Below, piece after piece: positions 50,831 through 61,110 of a DNA stretch of 64,000 nucleotides (its first letter is position 1; every line of letters begins with the position of its first letter). A program made the position numbers and the translations under genes. Source of the stretch: Promethearchaeota archaeon (lineage in GTDB: Archaea > Asgardarchaeota > Lokiarchaeia > Sigyniarchaeales > SOKP01); assembly GCA_019058445.1 (NCBI GenBank), contig JAHPZA010000003.1, positions 484,919 to 548,918 on the forward strand, read 5' to 3'. The notes under the pieces are model-generated. The model had not been told where the DNA came from, did no database searches, and saw only the letters and a list, made by a program, of their open reading frames with translations.

Positions 50831-51499
50831 TTACAATGTGCCAAGTTCGGTATCATCCCACGCATCTTGGAATATTTTTAATCCTCGATCTGTAAAGGGA
50901 TGGTCGAAACTCGCCTTGTAAACTTCAAATCCTGCCGTTACAATATCAGCTTCCATAACTGCTGCCTCCACGATCTGCTTGCCATTACGTACGGCAGCGA
51001 CAATAATTTCTGTATCGAAATCATAATTTTGATATATAGTCACAATATCTGAAATCAGTTGAGTGCAATCTACACCCGAAGCTTCTTGCCAGCCTATAAA
51101 TGGAGAACAATATGCCGCACCTATTCTTCCTACCTGTAATGCTTGTGATGCTGTAAAAACGAGCGTCACATTTACTTTAATACCCTCTTCTGTAAGATCC
51201 TTCGCTGCGATTAACCCATGCTCTGTACAAGGAATCTTTATCACAAAATTTTTAGAGATTGCTGCGATTTTCTTGGCCTCAGAGATCATATCATCTGAAT
51301 TCTGAAGGTGTGGGTCTATTTCTACAGAAATAGGAAAATCAATATTCTTAAATTCCTCAGCAAATTCTTTAATCACGTTAAAAAATGGCTTTCCCGAATT
51401 TTTGATGTGTTTCGGATTTGAAGTAACACCATCAATCTTCCAATTCTTTAAAGCATATTTTATTTCTTCTAATTTGGCACTATCAAGAAAATACTTCAT
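50831..51499 (-). CDS. Transaldolase, sulfofructose-transaldolase (SftT/SqvA) type
   Basis: D6, E60 and Schiff-base K88. NPKH, SPFIGW and AAVR replace canonical NPSL, SPFVGR and ASIR. Confidence 0.85.
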   Translation of the reverse strand: MKYFLDSAKLEEIKYALKNWKIDGVTSNPKHIKNSGKPFFNVIKEFAEEFKNIDFPISVEIDPHLQNSDDMISEAKKIAAISKNFVIKIPCTEHGLIAAKDLTEEGIKVNVTLVFTASQALQVGRIGAAYCSPFIGWQEASGVDCTQLISDIVTIYQNYDFDTEIIVAAVRNGKQIVEAAVMEADIVTAGFEVYKASFDHPFTDRGLKIFQDAWDDTELGTL

Positions 51500-51633
51500 T
51501 TTTTTTTCCTTGAGTTCACGACTAATTGTTGTTAAAAATTAATTTCTTAAAAGTTCCTACACTTTAAACTTTTTTTAACTTTAAAATAATAAAAAAATAG
51601 GTAAAAAAAAGATAATTCAACTAAACCTTCATC

Positions 51634-53049
51634 TTAGCGATAGATACCTAATTCTTTTAACTTCTTTATTAATGCTTCCTTCTCGGCTCCCTCAAGCGTG
51701 TAGTTTTTCCTAAACATTAATCCCATCACTACAAATATAAGTCCTGGAATTAATTGAGCGTGAATTCGAATTCCCCATTGAGCTACGAGAGATTGAGTTG
51801 CATGTGGATCAGGATTGTATGCAGTAAGAATGTGTATTGTTGGAATGATAATCCCAACTGCTACAAATGCGAGACGAAAGAAAAATGTTCTTACTCCAAC
51901 CAAACTTGCATCAACACGTTTTCCCATTTTTGATGCAACTAAATCATAGGTATCAGAAGCAACAGGTTGTAGCATGGTAACTTCACCAGAATAAAATATG
52001 GCACCTATAAAAGCAATTATGACGAGTATGATATAAAATAAAGGAAATCCATATTCTCTTAACACAAATAACGCAGATAAGATAAAAATCCCGTGACAAA
52101 TAAATGTAAGCCAATATGTCTTCTTAAAGCCATGCTTCCGAGTATAATTACTCCAGAATGGTACAGCAAATACAAAAGCTGCTACACCTAACAATGTAGG
52201 CAGAATTGCATATGTTAAGGGTAATTGCCAAACATCTTTATACATATAAATACTGGATACCCCCTGTAATGCTATTGCAATACTATAACATGTATATCCT
52301 GCTAATGATACTCTAAAATTCTTTGTTTTAAGCGCTGTTTTCATTGTCCCATAAAAACTGCTTTCTTTTTCTACATAACCCCGTAGAAACATTTGTTTCA
52401 TCTTATCTGATTCTTTTATTCCAAGTAAAAGAAATACATTATATATTACCAGAAGGATAATCATTATTGTTGCAAATGTAACAAACGAGGTCCTATCTCC
52501 ATATACTATAATTGCGTTTCCTATTACGGTCATAGTAGTCATTAAAATACCCATTAAAATCGTTGCTATCGCAAATGATCTTCTACGCTCGTATTCTGAA
52601 GGGAATTGGTTAGTGTAACCTCCATAAACATGGTCATTATAAATAGAGAAAAAAGTATCGAAAAGACATGTTATAACTATAAACCATATAAATAAAGTCA
52701 TCTCACTTGCTCCTTCAGGTGGGACCCAAATAAGAAAATAAAATAACAAAATCGGGAAAGCCGTAATTACAACCCAAGGAGCTCGTAAACCCCATCTCTG
52801 TGTCCATTTAAGAGGTTTATCTGTAAGATACCCTAATAGGGGATCATTTATCATGTTCCATATTGCAAATATAACGTACGCGACCCCTAATAGCGCAACT
52901 GATATACCAATCTCGACTTCATAATAGTAAAACACGAGAGAAAAGCCACGCATTAACAAAAAATTTATAATAAGGTAGCCAAATGCATATGATAACATTT
53001 TACCTGTAGATGCGATTTCCCATTCACTTAAATCTTCTTGAACAGCCAT
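51634..53049 (-). CDS. MFS GPH-family symporter
   Basis: WNMINDPLLGYLTD, GVRTFFFR, YNPDP...WGIRIH. Confidence 0.9.
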   Translation of the reverse strand: MAVQEDLSEWEIASTGKMLSYAFGYLIINFLLMRGFSLVFYYYEVEIGISVALLGVAYVIFAIWNMINDPLLGYLTDKPLKWTQRWGLRAPWVVITAFPILLFYFLIWVPPEGASEMTLFIWFIVITCLFDTFFSIYNDHVYGGYTNQFPSEYERRRSFAIATILMGILMTTMTVIGNAIIVYGDRTSFVTFATIMIILLVIYNVFLLLGIKESDKMKQMFLRGYVEKESSFYGTMKTALKTKNFRVSLAGYTCYSIAIALQGVSSIYMYKDVWQLPLTYAILPTLLGVAAFVFAVPFWSNYTRKHGFKKTYWLTFICHGIFILSALFVLREYGFPLFYIILVIIAFIGAIFYSGEVTMLQPVASDTYDLVASKMGKRVDASLVGVRTFFFRLAFVAVGIIIPTIHILTAYNPDPHATQSLVAQWGIRIHAQLIPGLIFVVMGLMFRKNYTLEGAEKEALIKKLKELGIYR

Positions 53050-53321
53050 TTATTTTCACCTTTTATTTGAAAGAATTTGATTAGATTTTGATAAGAAATT
53101 GAATGTTTACTGAAAAGTATATATTTTATTTTACTATGGATCTTGTGATATATTTAAAGTTTTTGAAGTAGATTAATAGAAATCAGTAATCAATCCCTTT
53201 TTCCTTTTCTGAAAATCTTTTGTTCTTTTCCTTAAATATAAAGGAATTTAACAATAAAACTCCTTAAGATATTTAAGTAATTAAAAAAATAAAAAAGATT
53301 TTTAATTTATTCATCTCCTTT

Positions 53322-54725
53322 TTAATATAACCCCATTTCCTTAAGCTTTTTCACCATTTCTGCTTTTCTTTCTCCCTCTAATGTATACCATTTATATACA
53401 ATAAGGGAAATCGTTAACATTAATAGCGCAGGAATTAATCCAGCATGAATTCGTATTCCTATAATTGCTAGCGGCGTCTGTGTTGCATTTGGATCCGGAT
53501 TATAGTTCGTCACGATATGTATCACGGTGATTACTACTCCTTGAACTACGATAGCAATTCTAAAGAAAAAATTCCTTATTCCCTGAAGTGTTCCGTCTTG
53601 GCGTCTGCCCATTTCCGTAGAGACCTCGTCCATAGTGTCGGAAGCTACTGGCATTGTCATGAGAGTATAACCCGCATAGGGAATTCCCCCTATAAACGTA
53701 AAGATAACAGCTTGCCATATATTCGTTATGAATAATGTGGGGATATAACAAATGCCAGCAAAAAACAGAGCTGTGTAGTATGTTTTTTTAAAACCGTGTT
53801 TTCTGGCATAATTAGACCAGAATGGAATCGAAAGCATATAGCCCGCGAAACCTGCAAGTGCTGTGAGTACTGCATATGTGTAAGGTACTTTAAATACATC
53901 TTTCAGCATATAAATCCCTGAAGCGGTTGCTAAGGTCTGAGCTGTAATGATAGTGGTATATGTGGTAAGAGAGATTGCAAAATTCCTTTTTTTAATTGCT
54001 GTTTTCATGATACCAAAAAAGCTGGTATCTTCGGCAGTTTCGAATCCCTTGATAAGCTTTTCTTTTAATTCATCAGATTCTTTAATTCCAAGAAAGAGAA
54101 AAATATTACATATCGCAAGAATTATTACTACAACTAAGGCTGATACCGCAAAGGAACTCTTGTTTCCATACTCTATAATAAAAGGCGGGATTATTGCTAT
54201 ACCAACCACTCCGATTCCTGCGACTGCTATGATTACGGCAAATCCCCTTCTTCGCTCATATTCTGTGCGAAATTGGTTTGTAAAACCTCCATAGACATGA
54301 GTATTGAAAATAGAGAAGAATGTATCAAATAGAGCAGTAATTATTAGCATGTAAAAAAATATAGTTAACGCATTTTCCTTAGGGTCAATGTTAGGCGGAG
54401 TAAAGATTAAAAAATAACAAATTAAAATTGGAAAACTAGAAAGAACAACCCAAGGAGCTCTAAATCCATATTTCCTCGTCCATTTTCTTGGTTTATCGGT
54501 AAAGTATCCTAAAAGGGGATCATTAAACATGTTCCATATTGCATACAGCACAAAAGCAATGCCTACGAATAAGACGGGTAACCCTACTTCCACTTCATAG
54601 AAATAAAAAACGATCGCAGAATATGCACCTAGTAAATAAGCAATAATAAGGTACCCAAATCCGTAGGATATCATTTTAGAGGTTGGTGCTATTTCCCACT
54701 CACTTAAATCTTCTTGAATAGCCAT
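53322..54725 (-). CDS. MFS GPH-family symporter
   Basis: Paralog with WNMFNDPLLG and GIRNFFFR. Confidence 0.9.
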   Translation of the reverse strand: MAIQEDLSEWEIAPTSKMISYGFGYLIIAYLLGAYSAIVFYFYEVEVGLPVLFVGIAFVLYAIWNMFNDPLLGYFTDKPRKWTRKYGFRAPWVVLSSFPILICYFLIFTPPNIDPKENALTIFFYMLIITALFDTFFSIFNTHVYGGFTNQFRTEYERRRGFAVIIAVAGIGVVGIAIIPPFIIEYGNKSSFAVSALVVVIILAICNIFLFLGIKESDELKEKLIKGFETAEDTSFFGIMKTAIKKRNFAISLTTYTTIITAQTLATASGIYMLKDVFKVPYTYAVLTALAGFAGYMLSIPFWSNYARKHGFKKTYYTALFFAGICYIPTLFITNIWQAVIFTFIGGIPYAGYTLMTMPVASDTMDEVSTEMGRRQDGTLQGIRNFFFRIAIVVQGVVITVIHIVTNYNPDPNATQTPLAIIGIRIHAGLIPALLMLTISLIVYKWYTLEGERKAEMVKKLKEMGLY

Positions 54726-54879
54726 TTATTTCACTATTAGTTTTTTTCAATATTTTTGTTTTAAATTGCGAATTTCCTAAATAATTATTATTTAAATGTT
54801 TAAAATTAAAAAGGTATCTTTTTAATAAGAAATGATAAATAAAATAAGTTTAAAAAAAAAAGAAATTTAAATTTTAAAA

Positions 54880-56289
54880 TTAACGATAGATACCCATTTC
54901 TTTTAGCTTTTTTACCAGCGCTTCTTTCTCTTTTCCTTCAAGAGTATAATATCTTTTAAATAGCAACCCCATGATAATCATCATGAGTCCCGGTATCAAT
55001 GCGGTATGAATACGGATACCTAATAGAGCTGTGGCAGTTTGATCTGCTGGCCCAAAAGCATTTGGATCGGTATTATACCCTGTTAAGAGATGGATGGGGA
55101 GTATTACAAGAAAAATAACAAGAAATGCTACACGAAAGAAAAAGGTTCTTATCCCAACCATGCTCGCGTCTACGCGGAATCCCATATGACTAGAGACCTC
55201 ATCATAGGTATCTGAAGCTACGGGCATGAGCATCGTGGTCAACCCAATCCCGTTTATTTGGAAGATAATATAACAGATTAAATGGGCCCAAAAGTTAGGA
55301 GTGAAAAAGAACTGTAGATATAAAATGCCTTGAAGTAAATAAGTTACCCAATAAGTTTTCCTGAATCCATGCTTTCGAGAATAGTTATACCAGAATGGTA
55401 TAGATAATATAGCAGCTGCGGTACCTAATAACGCGAGTAAGGTGTTCATTGCATAAGGCACCCCATACACATCCTTTAACATATATGCCATAGACGCGAG
55501 ATAGATGGTTTGAGCAGTTACCTGTATCGTATAACCCGCTAAGGATACCCGGAAATTTTTTGTTTTAAGGGCAGTTTTCAATGTACCAAAAAAACTAGCC
55601 TTCTCTGCTTTCTCATATGCGTTGATAAACATCTGTTTCATTTGTTCCGACTCTCTTATTCCAGGAAAAATAATTATACTGAAGATGGCCATAAGGATTA
55701 TCATCACCAAAGCACCTACTGCAAATGACGCTGGGTTTCCGAATTGTATTATTAAAGACCCGATAATAACCATACCGGTTATTACTAAAAACATTATAAT
55801 CGTTGCTATCGCAAAGGACCTACGGCGTTCGTATTCTGAAGGGAACTGGTTGGTGTAGCCACCATACACGTGGTCATTATAAATTGAGAAAAAAGTATCG
55901 AAAGCGCACGTCATAAGGATAAACCATAAAAACATCACCATAGCGCCCATGCCTTGAGGGGGTACCCAGATTAAGTAGAAAAATATAAATATTAGGGGAG
56001 TGCATACCACAACCCATGGAGCTCGTAATCCATATCGTGGTGTCCATTTCAAGGGCTTATCCGTAAGGAAGCCTAAGAGCGGGTCGTTCACCATGTTCCA
56101 TAAGGAAAATACTACGCCTGCAAGTATAATATAGATAGCAGCTAACCCCATTTCGACCTCATAAAAATAGAGTAGATTTGCCAAACCATATAAGAGGATA
56201 TAGTTGACAACAACATAGCCGAAACCGTAGGATATCATTTTTCCTGTGGAAGCAATTTCCCATTGACTTAAATCTTCTTCAATTGCCAT
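54880..56289 (-). CDS. MFS GPH-family symporter
   Basis: Close paralog of 51634..53049 (shared YNDHVYGGYTNQFPSEYERRRSFAIATI). Confidence 0.9.
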   Translation of the reverse strand: MAIEEDLSQWEIASTGKMISYGFGYVVVNYILLYGLANLLYFYEVEMGLAAIYIILAGVVFSLWNMVNDPLLGFLTDKPLKWTPRYGLRAPWVVVCTPLIFIFFYLIWVPPQGMGAMVMFLWFILMTCAFDTFFSIYNDHVYGGYTNQFPSEYERRRSFAIATIIMFLVITGMVIIGSLIIQFGNPASFAVGALVMIILMAIFSIIIFPGIRESEQMKQMFINAYEKAEKASFFGTLKTALKTKNFRVSLAGYTIQVTAQTIYLASMAYMLKDVYGVPYAMNTLLALLGTAAAILSIPFWYNYSRKHGFRKTYWVTYLLQGILYLQFFFTPNFWAHLICYIIFQINGIGLTTMLMPVASDTYDEVSSHMGFRVDASMVGIRTFFFRVAFLVIFLVILPIHLLTGYNTDPNAFGPADQTATALLGIRIHTALIPGLMMIIMGLLFKRYYTLEGKEKEALVKKLKEMGIYR

Positions 56290-56522
56290 TACTAATCACT
56301 TTGATTGATTTTAATTGCTTTTAAATATTGGATATTTTTTTTAAAATTGATGTTAATTTAACATTTTCGTTAAGTTCTATTTAAATATTTGTAAAAAAAC
56401 TACCTATCAAATTTCTAATATCCTAAGAAACCTAAGATCTCAATAAAGAAAAAAAGCAATCTTACCATTAAAAAAGAGCAATTCTTACCTAATTATTGGA
56501 AAAAAATTGAGATAATTAGTAA

Positions 56523-57020
56523 TTCTGATCATATATTGAAAAAAAATACGGGCATGTAAAAACGATGAAATTCGGTTCCTTATTGGTTGCAATTGCATTA
56601 ACTCCCGGAATGTGGATAACAACACTATGGGAAACCATATTATTTCAATTTTTAGGTGGGATCGCTTTTGGCGGCTTTATAATTATGATAGGACCGAGAA
56701 CTGCAGATGTAAATGATGAATTTACTGTTACTACAGGAAGAAATCAAGAAGAAATACTCGCGGGAATTCGCACGTTTTTCTTTCGATTTGCACTTATCTT
56801 TCAAGCGATAATTCTTACAACTGTACATGTCTTAACGGAATATAATCCCGATCCTCATGCAGTACAGACTCCTTTAGCTCAATGGGGAATACGTATACAT
56901 CTTGCTTTAATCCCTTCTTTATTAACATTATTGGGATTTTTCATCCTATATTTCTTTTATGATCTTAAAGGAGAAAAAAAAACATTTATTAAATCTCAGT
57001 TGCGTGAATTAAAACTATGA
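56523..57020 (+). pseudogene. 3' remnant of a GPH symporter
   Basis: Only the last ~4 TM remain. Upstream in-frame F*SYIEKKYGH (TGA at 56526) matches FWSNVSKKYGH of the 58813 paralog. Confidence 0.8.
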
Positions 57021-57201
57021 TGTTTATTTATTCTTAGAATTACATTAGTAAATCCTCTTCAAAAATAAGATAAGTATTGCAAAATAAACCTTTTTATATT
57101 GGTTTGATCTAATTCTATATTTAATTAGCATTGCTATTTTACATACTATATTGTAAAAAACACTTAAGGAAGCAATGGAATAATAAAATAAATGTGATAT
57201 A

Positions 57202-58614
57202 ATGATGAGTGAAGAAAATGAGACTGATTTTTCAGAATGGGAGCAAGCATCCACAAAGAAAATGTTATCCTTTTCCTTTGGATATCTTCTTGTATTTTTT
57301 ATGGGAGGTCAATTTAATGTTTACGTATTTTATTATTACGAAGTAGAGATTGGCTTACCTGTTGTGATGCTGGGATTTGCTTTTATTATATTTGCGGTTT
57401 GGAACATGATCAATGATCCTCTTGTAGGATTTTTAACCGATAAGCCTTTTAAATGGACCAAAAAATGGGGAATGAGATTTCCCTGGATGGTCTTGGGTGT
57501 AATACCATATATTATCTGCTGGTATTTTCTTTTCGCAGCTCCCGAGGCTTTAGTTGAAAATTCTGATCCATGGCCCATTTTTTGGTATTTTGTGATTATG
57601 GCATGTCTGTTAGACACTTTTTATTCCCTTTTTACAACTCACATAAATGCTGCATTTACAACCCATTTCCGCACCGATGCAGAACGCAGAAAAGCTCAGT
57701 TAATAAACAATACCATCCCACAGGTTTTGCAGCTTTTTATAGGTTTTACAGTACCCCTCATTTATATCTATGGTAATAGGAATTCAATGATTCTTGCACA
57801 AACTATAGTAGTTTTACTAATGTTTGTTGCCATGCTTATTATGATCCCTGGTGTACGCGAGTCAAATGAATTAAAAGAGCGCTTTCTTCGGGGTTATGAG
57901 AAACAAAAGAGAGATCCTTATTTTAAGTCATTAAAATTAGCTTTTGGTCGTAGGAATTTTACGTCAACTCTTATAGTATATATGTTATTGTCATTCGGAG
58001 CAATTATTTACGCTGCATCAGGGGTTTACTTCTTTAAAGATATTTTAGGAATCCCATATTCATACGCTATATTCACTGGTTTAGCGGGTTTTGTAGGTTT
58101 TGTAGGTTCTGTACCTTTCTGGGTTTGGATGTGTAAAAAGATAGGACATGGAAATGTAATGAAATTAAGCCTTTTTTTAATAACTCTTGTATATCTGCCT
58201 GTGTTGTGGATGACAACTTTAATTGAAGCTATAATATACGGTTTTTTCGGCGGAATAGCGAGTGCGGCCTTCTGGACGCCACTTGGGCCGGTCACAGCAG
58301 ATGTTTATGATGAATCTACTATATCGACGGGAAAACACCAAGAAGCGATGTATGAGGGAATTAGAACTCTTTTTAATCGTCTTGGTTTTGTCTTTGTAGG
58401 AATAGTACTTCCAATAGTTCATATTTCTACAGGATACAACCCTGATCCTCATGGTACACAAACTCCACTAGCTATATGGGGAATACGCATTCATATGGGA
58501 TTAATTCCAAGTCTTTTAGCGTTAATATCATTTGTAGTTATGATAAAATGGTACGATTTAGCAGGAGAAAAACAAAAGGCACTCAAAATAAGGTTAAAAG
58601 AAATGAATCTCTGA
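57202..58614 (+). CDS. MFS GPH-family symporter
   Basis: WNMINDPLVG, TGKHQEAMY, WGIRIH. Confidence 0.9.
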   Translation: MMSEENETDFSEWEQASTKKMLSFSFGYLLVFFMGGQFNVYVFYYYEVEIGLPVVMLGFAFIIFAVWNMINDPLVGFLTDKPFKWTKKWGMRFPWMVLGVIPYIICWYFLFAAPEALVENSDPWPIFWYFVIMACLLDTFYSLFTTHINAAFTTHFRTDAERRKAQLINNTIPQVLQLFIGFTVPLIYIYGNRNSMILAQTIVVLLMFVAMLIMIPGVRESNELKERFLRGYEKQKRDPYFKSLKLAFGRRNFTSTLIVYMLLSFGAIIYAASGVYFFKDILGIPYSYAIFTGLAGFVGFVGSVPFWVWMCKKIGHGNVMKLSLFLITLVYLPVLWMTTLIEAIIYGFFGGIASAAFWTPLGPVTADVYDESTISTGKHQEAMYEGIRTLFNRLGFVFVGIVLPIVHISTGYNPDPHGTQTPLAIWGIRIHMGLIPSLLALISFVVMIKWYDLAGEKQKALKIRLKEMNL

Positions 58615-58812
58615 AAAATCTAATACTAAAAAAAAATTTTATTTTCTTTTTTCTTAATAATTGAATGTTATTCTATTAAAATTGATTTAGTACTATAAAC
58701 GGTTATAGGGAGCTTTTAAATATTAGTATAACTCAATTAATATATTAATTCTCAAATTACTAATTTGTAAAAGAGACATAAAAAAAAATAATAGAATGAA
58801 GGTGAAATTCTA

Positions 58813-60222
58813 ATGAATGAAGAATCTGAAATGGATTTATCAGAATGGGAGCTGGCTTCTACAGAAAAAATGATTTCCTATTCTTTTGGATTTCTCCTCG
58901 TATATTTTATGGCAAGTCAATTTAACACATATGTGTTTTATTATTATGAAGTAGAAATAGGTATACCTGTTGTAATGTTGGGATTTGCTTTCATTATTTT
59001 CGCGGTTTGGAATATGATAAACGACCCGCTTTTAGGCTATCTTACTGATCGCCCTTTTAAGTGGTCCCAAAGATGGGGTTATAGAGCACCTTGGATGGTA
59101 ATTGGAGCTATTCCTTATTTAATATGCTGGTGGTTTTTATTCGCAGCTCCCGAGGCTTTGATTAATTTATCAGATCCCTGGCCAATTTTTTGGTATTTTG
59201 TAATAATGGCATGTCTATTTGACACATTTTACTCATTATTTAGCATCCATCTTAGTGCAGGTTATATTATCCATTTCCGTACTGATGCTGAACGCAGGAG
59301 AGCAAGTGCGATTAATGCAACAATTCCACTAATATTGGCTCTCTTTATAAGCTTTATAGTTCCTATAATTTATATTTACGGAATGAGAGACACTATGATG
59401 TTAGCGCAAACAATGGTAGTTTTATTGTTAGCCATTTGTGTTCTTATTTTATTACCTAGTATACGAGAATCAGATGAAGTGAAGGAGCGTTTTCTCCGAG
59501 GGTATAATAATACGGAACGAGATTCTTTCTTTAAATCAATGAAATCAGCTTTTAAACGGAATAATTTTCGTAGCACTATGCTGATTGTGCTGCTTGCGAC
59601 TTTAGGAAGTACATTATACTATGCCTCTGGGGTTTACTTTATGAAGGATATCTTAAGATTACCACTTTCTTACGCAATATTTACAAGTTTAGCAGGCTTT
59701 ATAGGATTGATTATATTTATACCATTCTGGTCTAATGTTAGCAAAAAATATGGCCATGCAACAACCTTTAAATTAAGTCTTCTTTTAATAACCCTTCTTT
59801 ATCTTCCATTTTTATGGATTACGACAATATGGGAGGCAATAATTTTTAATTTTATAGGAGGCTTTATTGTGGGAGCTTATTATATTTCTCTAGGACCTGT
59901 TGTAGCAGATGTGTATGATGAATGTACAATTTCAACCGGAAAACATCAAGAAGCTATGTATGCCGGAATCCAAACATTTTTTATACGTATTGCAATTATC
60001 GTTCAAGCAATTATTTTTGTAATGGTTCATCTTGCCACAGGATATAATCCAGATCCGCAAGTAAAGCAAACTAATTTAGCCATTTGGGGAATTAGGATTC
60101 ATATGGCATTGCTTCCATCTCTCTGCTCTTTTATGGCTTTTCTTATTATGCTGAAATTTTATGATTTAATAGGAGAGAAACAAAAAGCGATTAAACGCCA
60201 GTTAATGCAAATGAAACTTTAA
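58813..60222 (+). CDS. MFS GPH-family symporter
   Basis: Close paralog of 57202..58614 (DPWPIFWYFVIMACL shared). Confidence 0.9.
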   Translation: MNEESEMDLSEWELASTEKMISYSFGFLLVYFMASQFNTYVFYYYEVEIGIPVVMLGFAFIIFAVWNMINDPLLGYLTDRPFKWSQRWGYRAPWMVIGAIPYLICWWFLFAAPEALINLSDPWPIFWYFVIMACLFDTFYSLFSIHLSAGYIIHFRTDAERRRASAINATIPLILALFISFIVPIIYIYGMRDTMMLAQTMVVLLLAICVLILLPSIRESDEVKERFLRGYNNTERDSFFKSMKSAFKRNNFRSTMLIVLLATLGSTLYYASGVYFMKDILRLPLSYAIFTSLAGFIGLIIFIPFWSNVSKKYGHATTFKLSLLLITLLYLPFLWITTIWEAIIFNFIGGFIVGAYYISLGPVVADVYDECTISTGKHQEAMYAGIQTFFIRIAIIVQAIIFVMVHLATGYNPDPQVKQTNLAIWGIRIHMALLPSLCSFMAFLIMLKFYDLIGEKQKAIKRQLMQMKL

Positions 60223-60331
60223 ATAATAGATGATTTTTATCGATACTTTATCTTTTTTTATTAGAAATCTGGGTTGCCAACAATAATACTCAGATAAACA
60301 TTTTTATTATAATTTAAATTGAATATAATCA

Positions 60332-61108
60332 ATGAGAATAATTGACTCGCATACCCATTTATTTAATCATCCTAATTATTTAGACAATTTAATCCAAACA
60401 ATGGATGATTGTGGAATAGAAAAATGTTGCATTAGTGGACTTGGCAAACTCTTCATGTGTGTAGATAATGGAGGATTACAAGCTGCTATTGATAAATATC
60501 CTAATAAATTGATCGGCGCATTTTATATTCGTCCAGGAAAGAATGAACCTAAAGATATTAAAGAAGCATATGAAAGTGGATTTAAAATGCTCAAAGTTAC
60601 CCTCCCACACAAAGCTTATGATGATCCCTCATATTTTCCTCTTTGGGAAAAGGCACAGGAATTAAAAATGCCTATTTTGTTTCATACGGGAGTAGTAACA
60701 ACCTTAAAAAAAGCTCCCGAAGAAAGAATATCCTCATGGTTTATGCATCCTATGCGAATTGAGCCAATTGCCAATGCATTCCCTGATCTAAACATGATTA
60801 TCGCTCATTTAGGAGTCCATTGGAATGATGATGCTGCCGAAGTAATTCGAATGAAGCCAAATGTATATGCCGACTTATCGGGAGCTCCAACTGGATGGCG
60901 CGTAAGGGTTGATAGAATTGGAATAACACACTGGTTATGGTGGCCAGGAGCATTTAAAAAAGTAGTATTTGGTTCAGATGTCATATTTAATCAGATTCCT
61001 CAAATTCTTGCCGAAGATAAAGCTCGATTGAATAAATACAACGTTGATCAAAAAACCCGCGAACTAATATTTGCTAAAAATATACTAAAGATATTGGGAG
61101 AGAAATAA
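60332..61108 (+). CDS. Amidohydrolase-superfamily (Amidohydro_2) protein
   Basis: IDSHTH, LFHTG, AHLG, YADLS and FGSD motifs. Confidence 0.88.
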   Translation: MRIIDSHTHLFNHPNYLDNLIQTMDDCGIEKCCISGLGKLFMCVDNGGLQAAIDKYPNKLIGAFYIRPGKNEPKDIKEAYESGFKMLKVTLPHKAYDDPSYFPLWEKAQELKMPILFHTGVVTTLKKAPEERISSWFMHPMRIEPIANAFPDLNMIIAHLGVHWNDDAAEVIRMKPNVYADLSGAPTGWRVRVDRIGITHWLWWPGAFKKVVFGSDVIFNQIPQILAEDKARLNKYNVDQKTRELIFAKNILKILGEK

Positions 61109-61110
61109 GT

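Noticed and set aside
50831-51499. Housekeeping transaldolase or fructose-6-phosphate aldolase
   Set aside because: The phosphate-binding Arg and Ser are replaced by Trp and Ala. Glu60 and Phe134 argue against FSA. Gene context is SQ-type.
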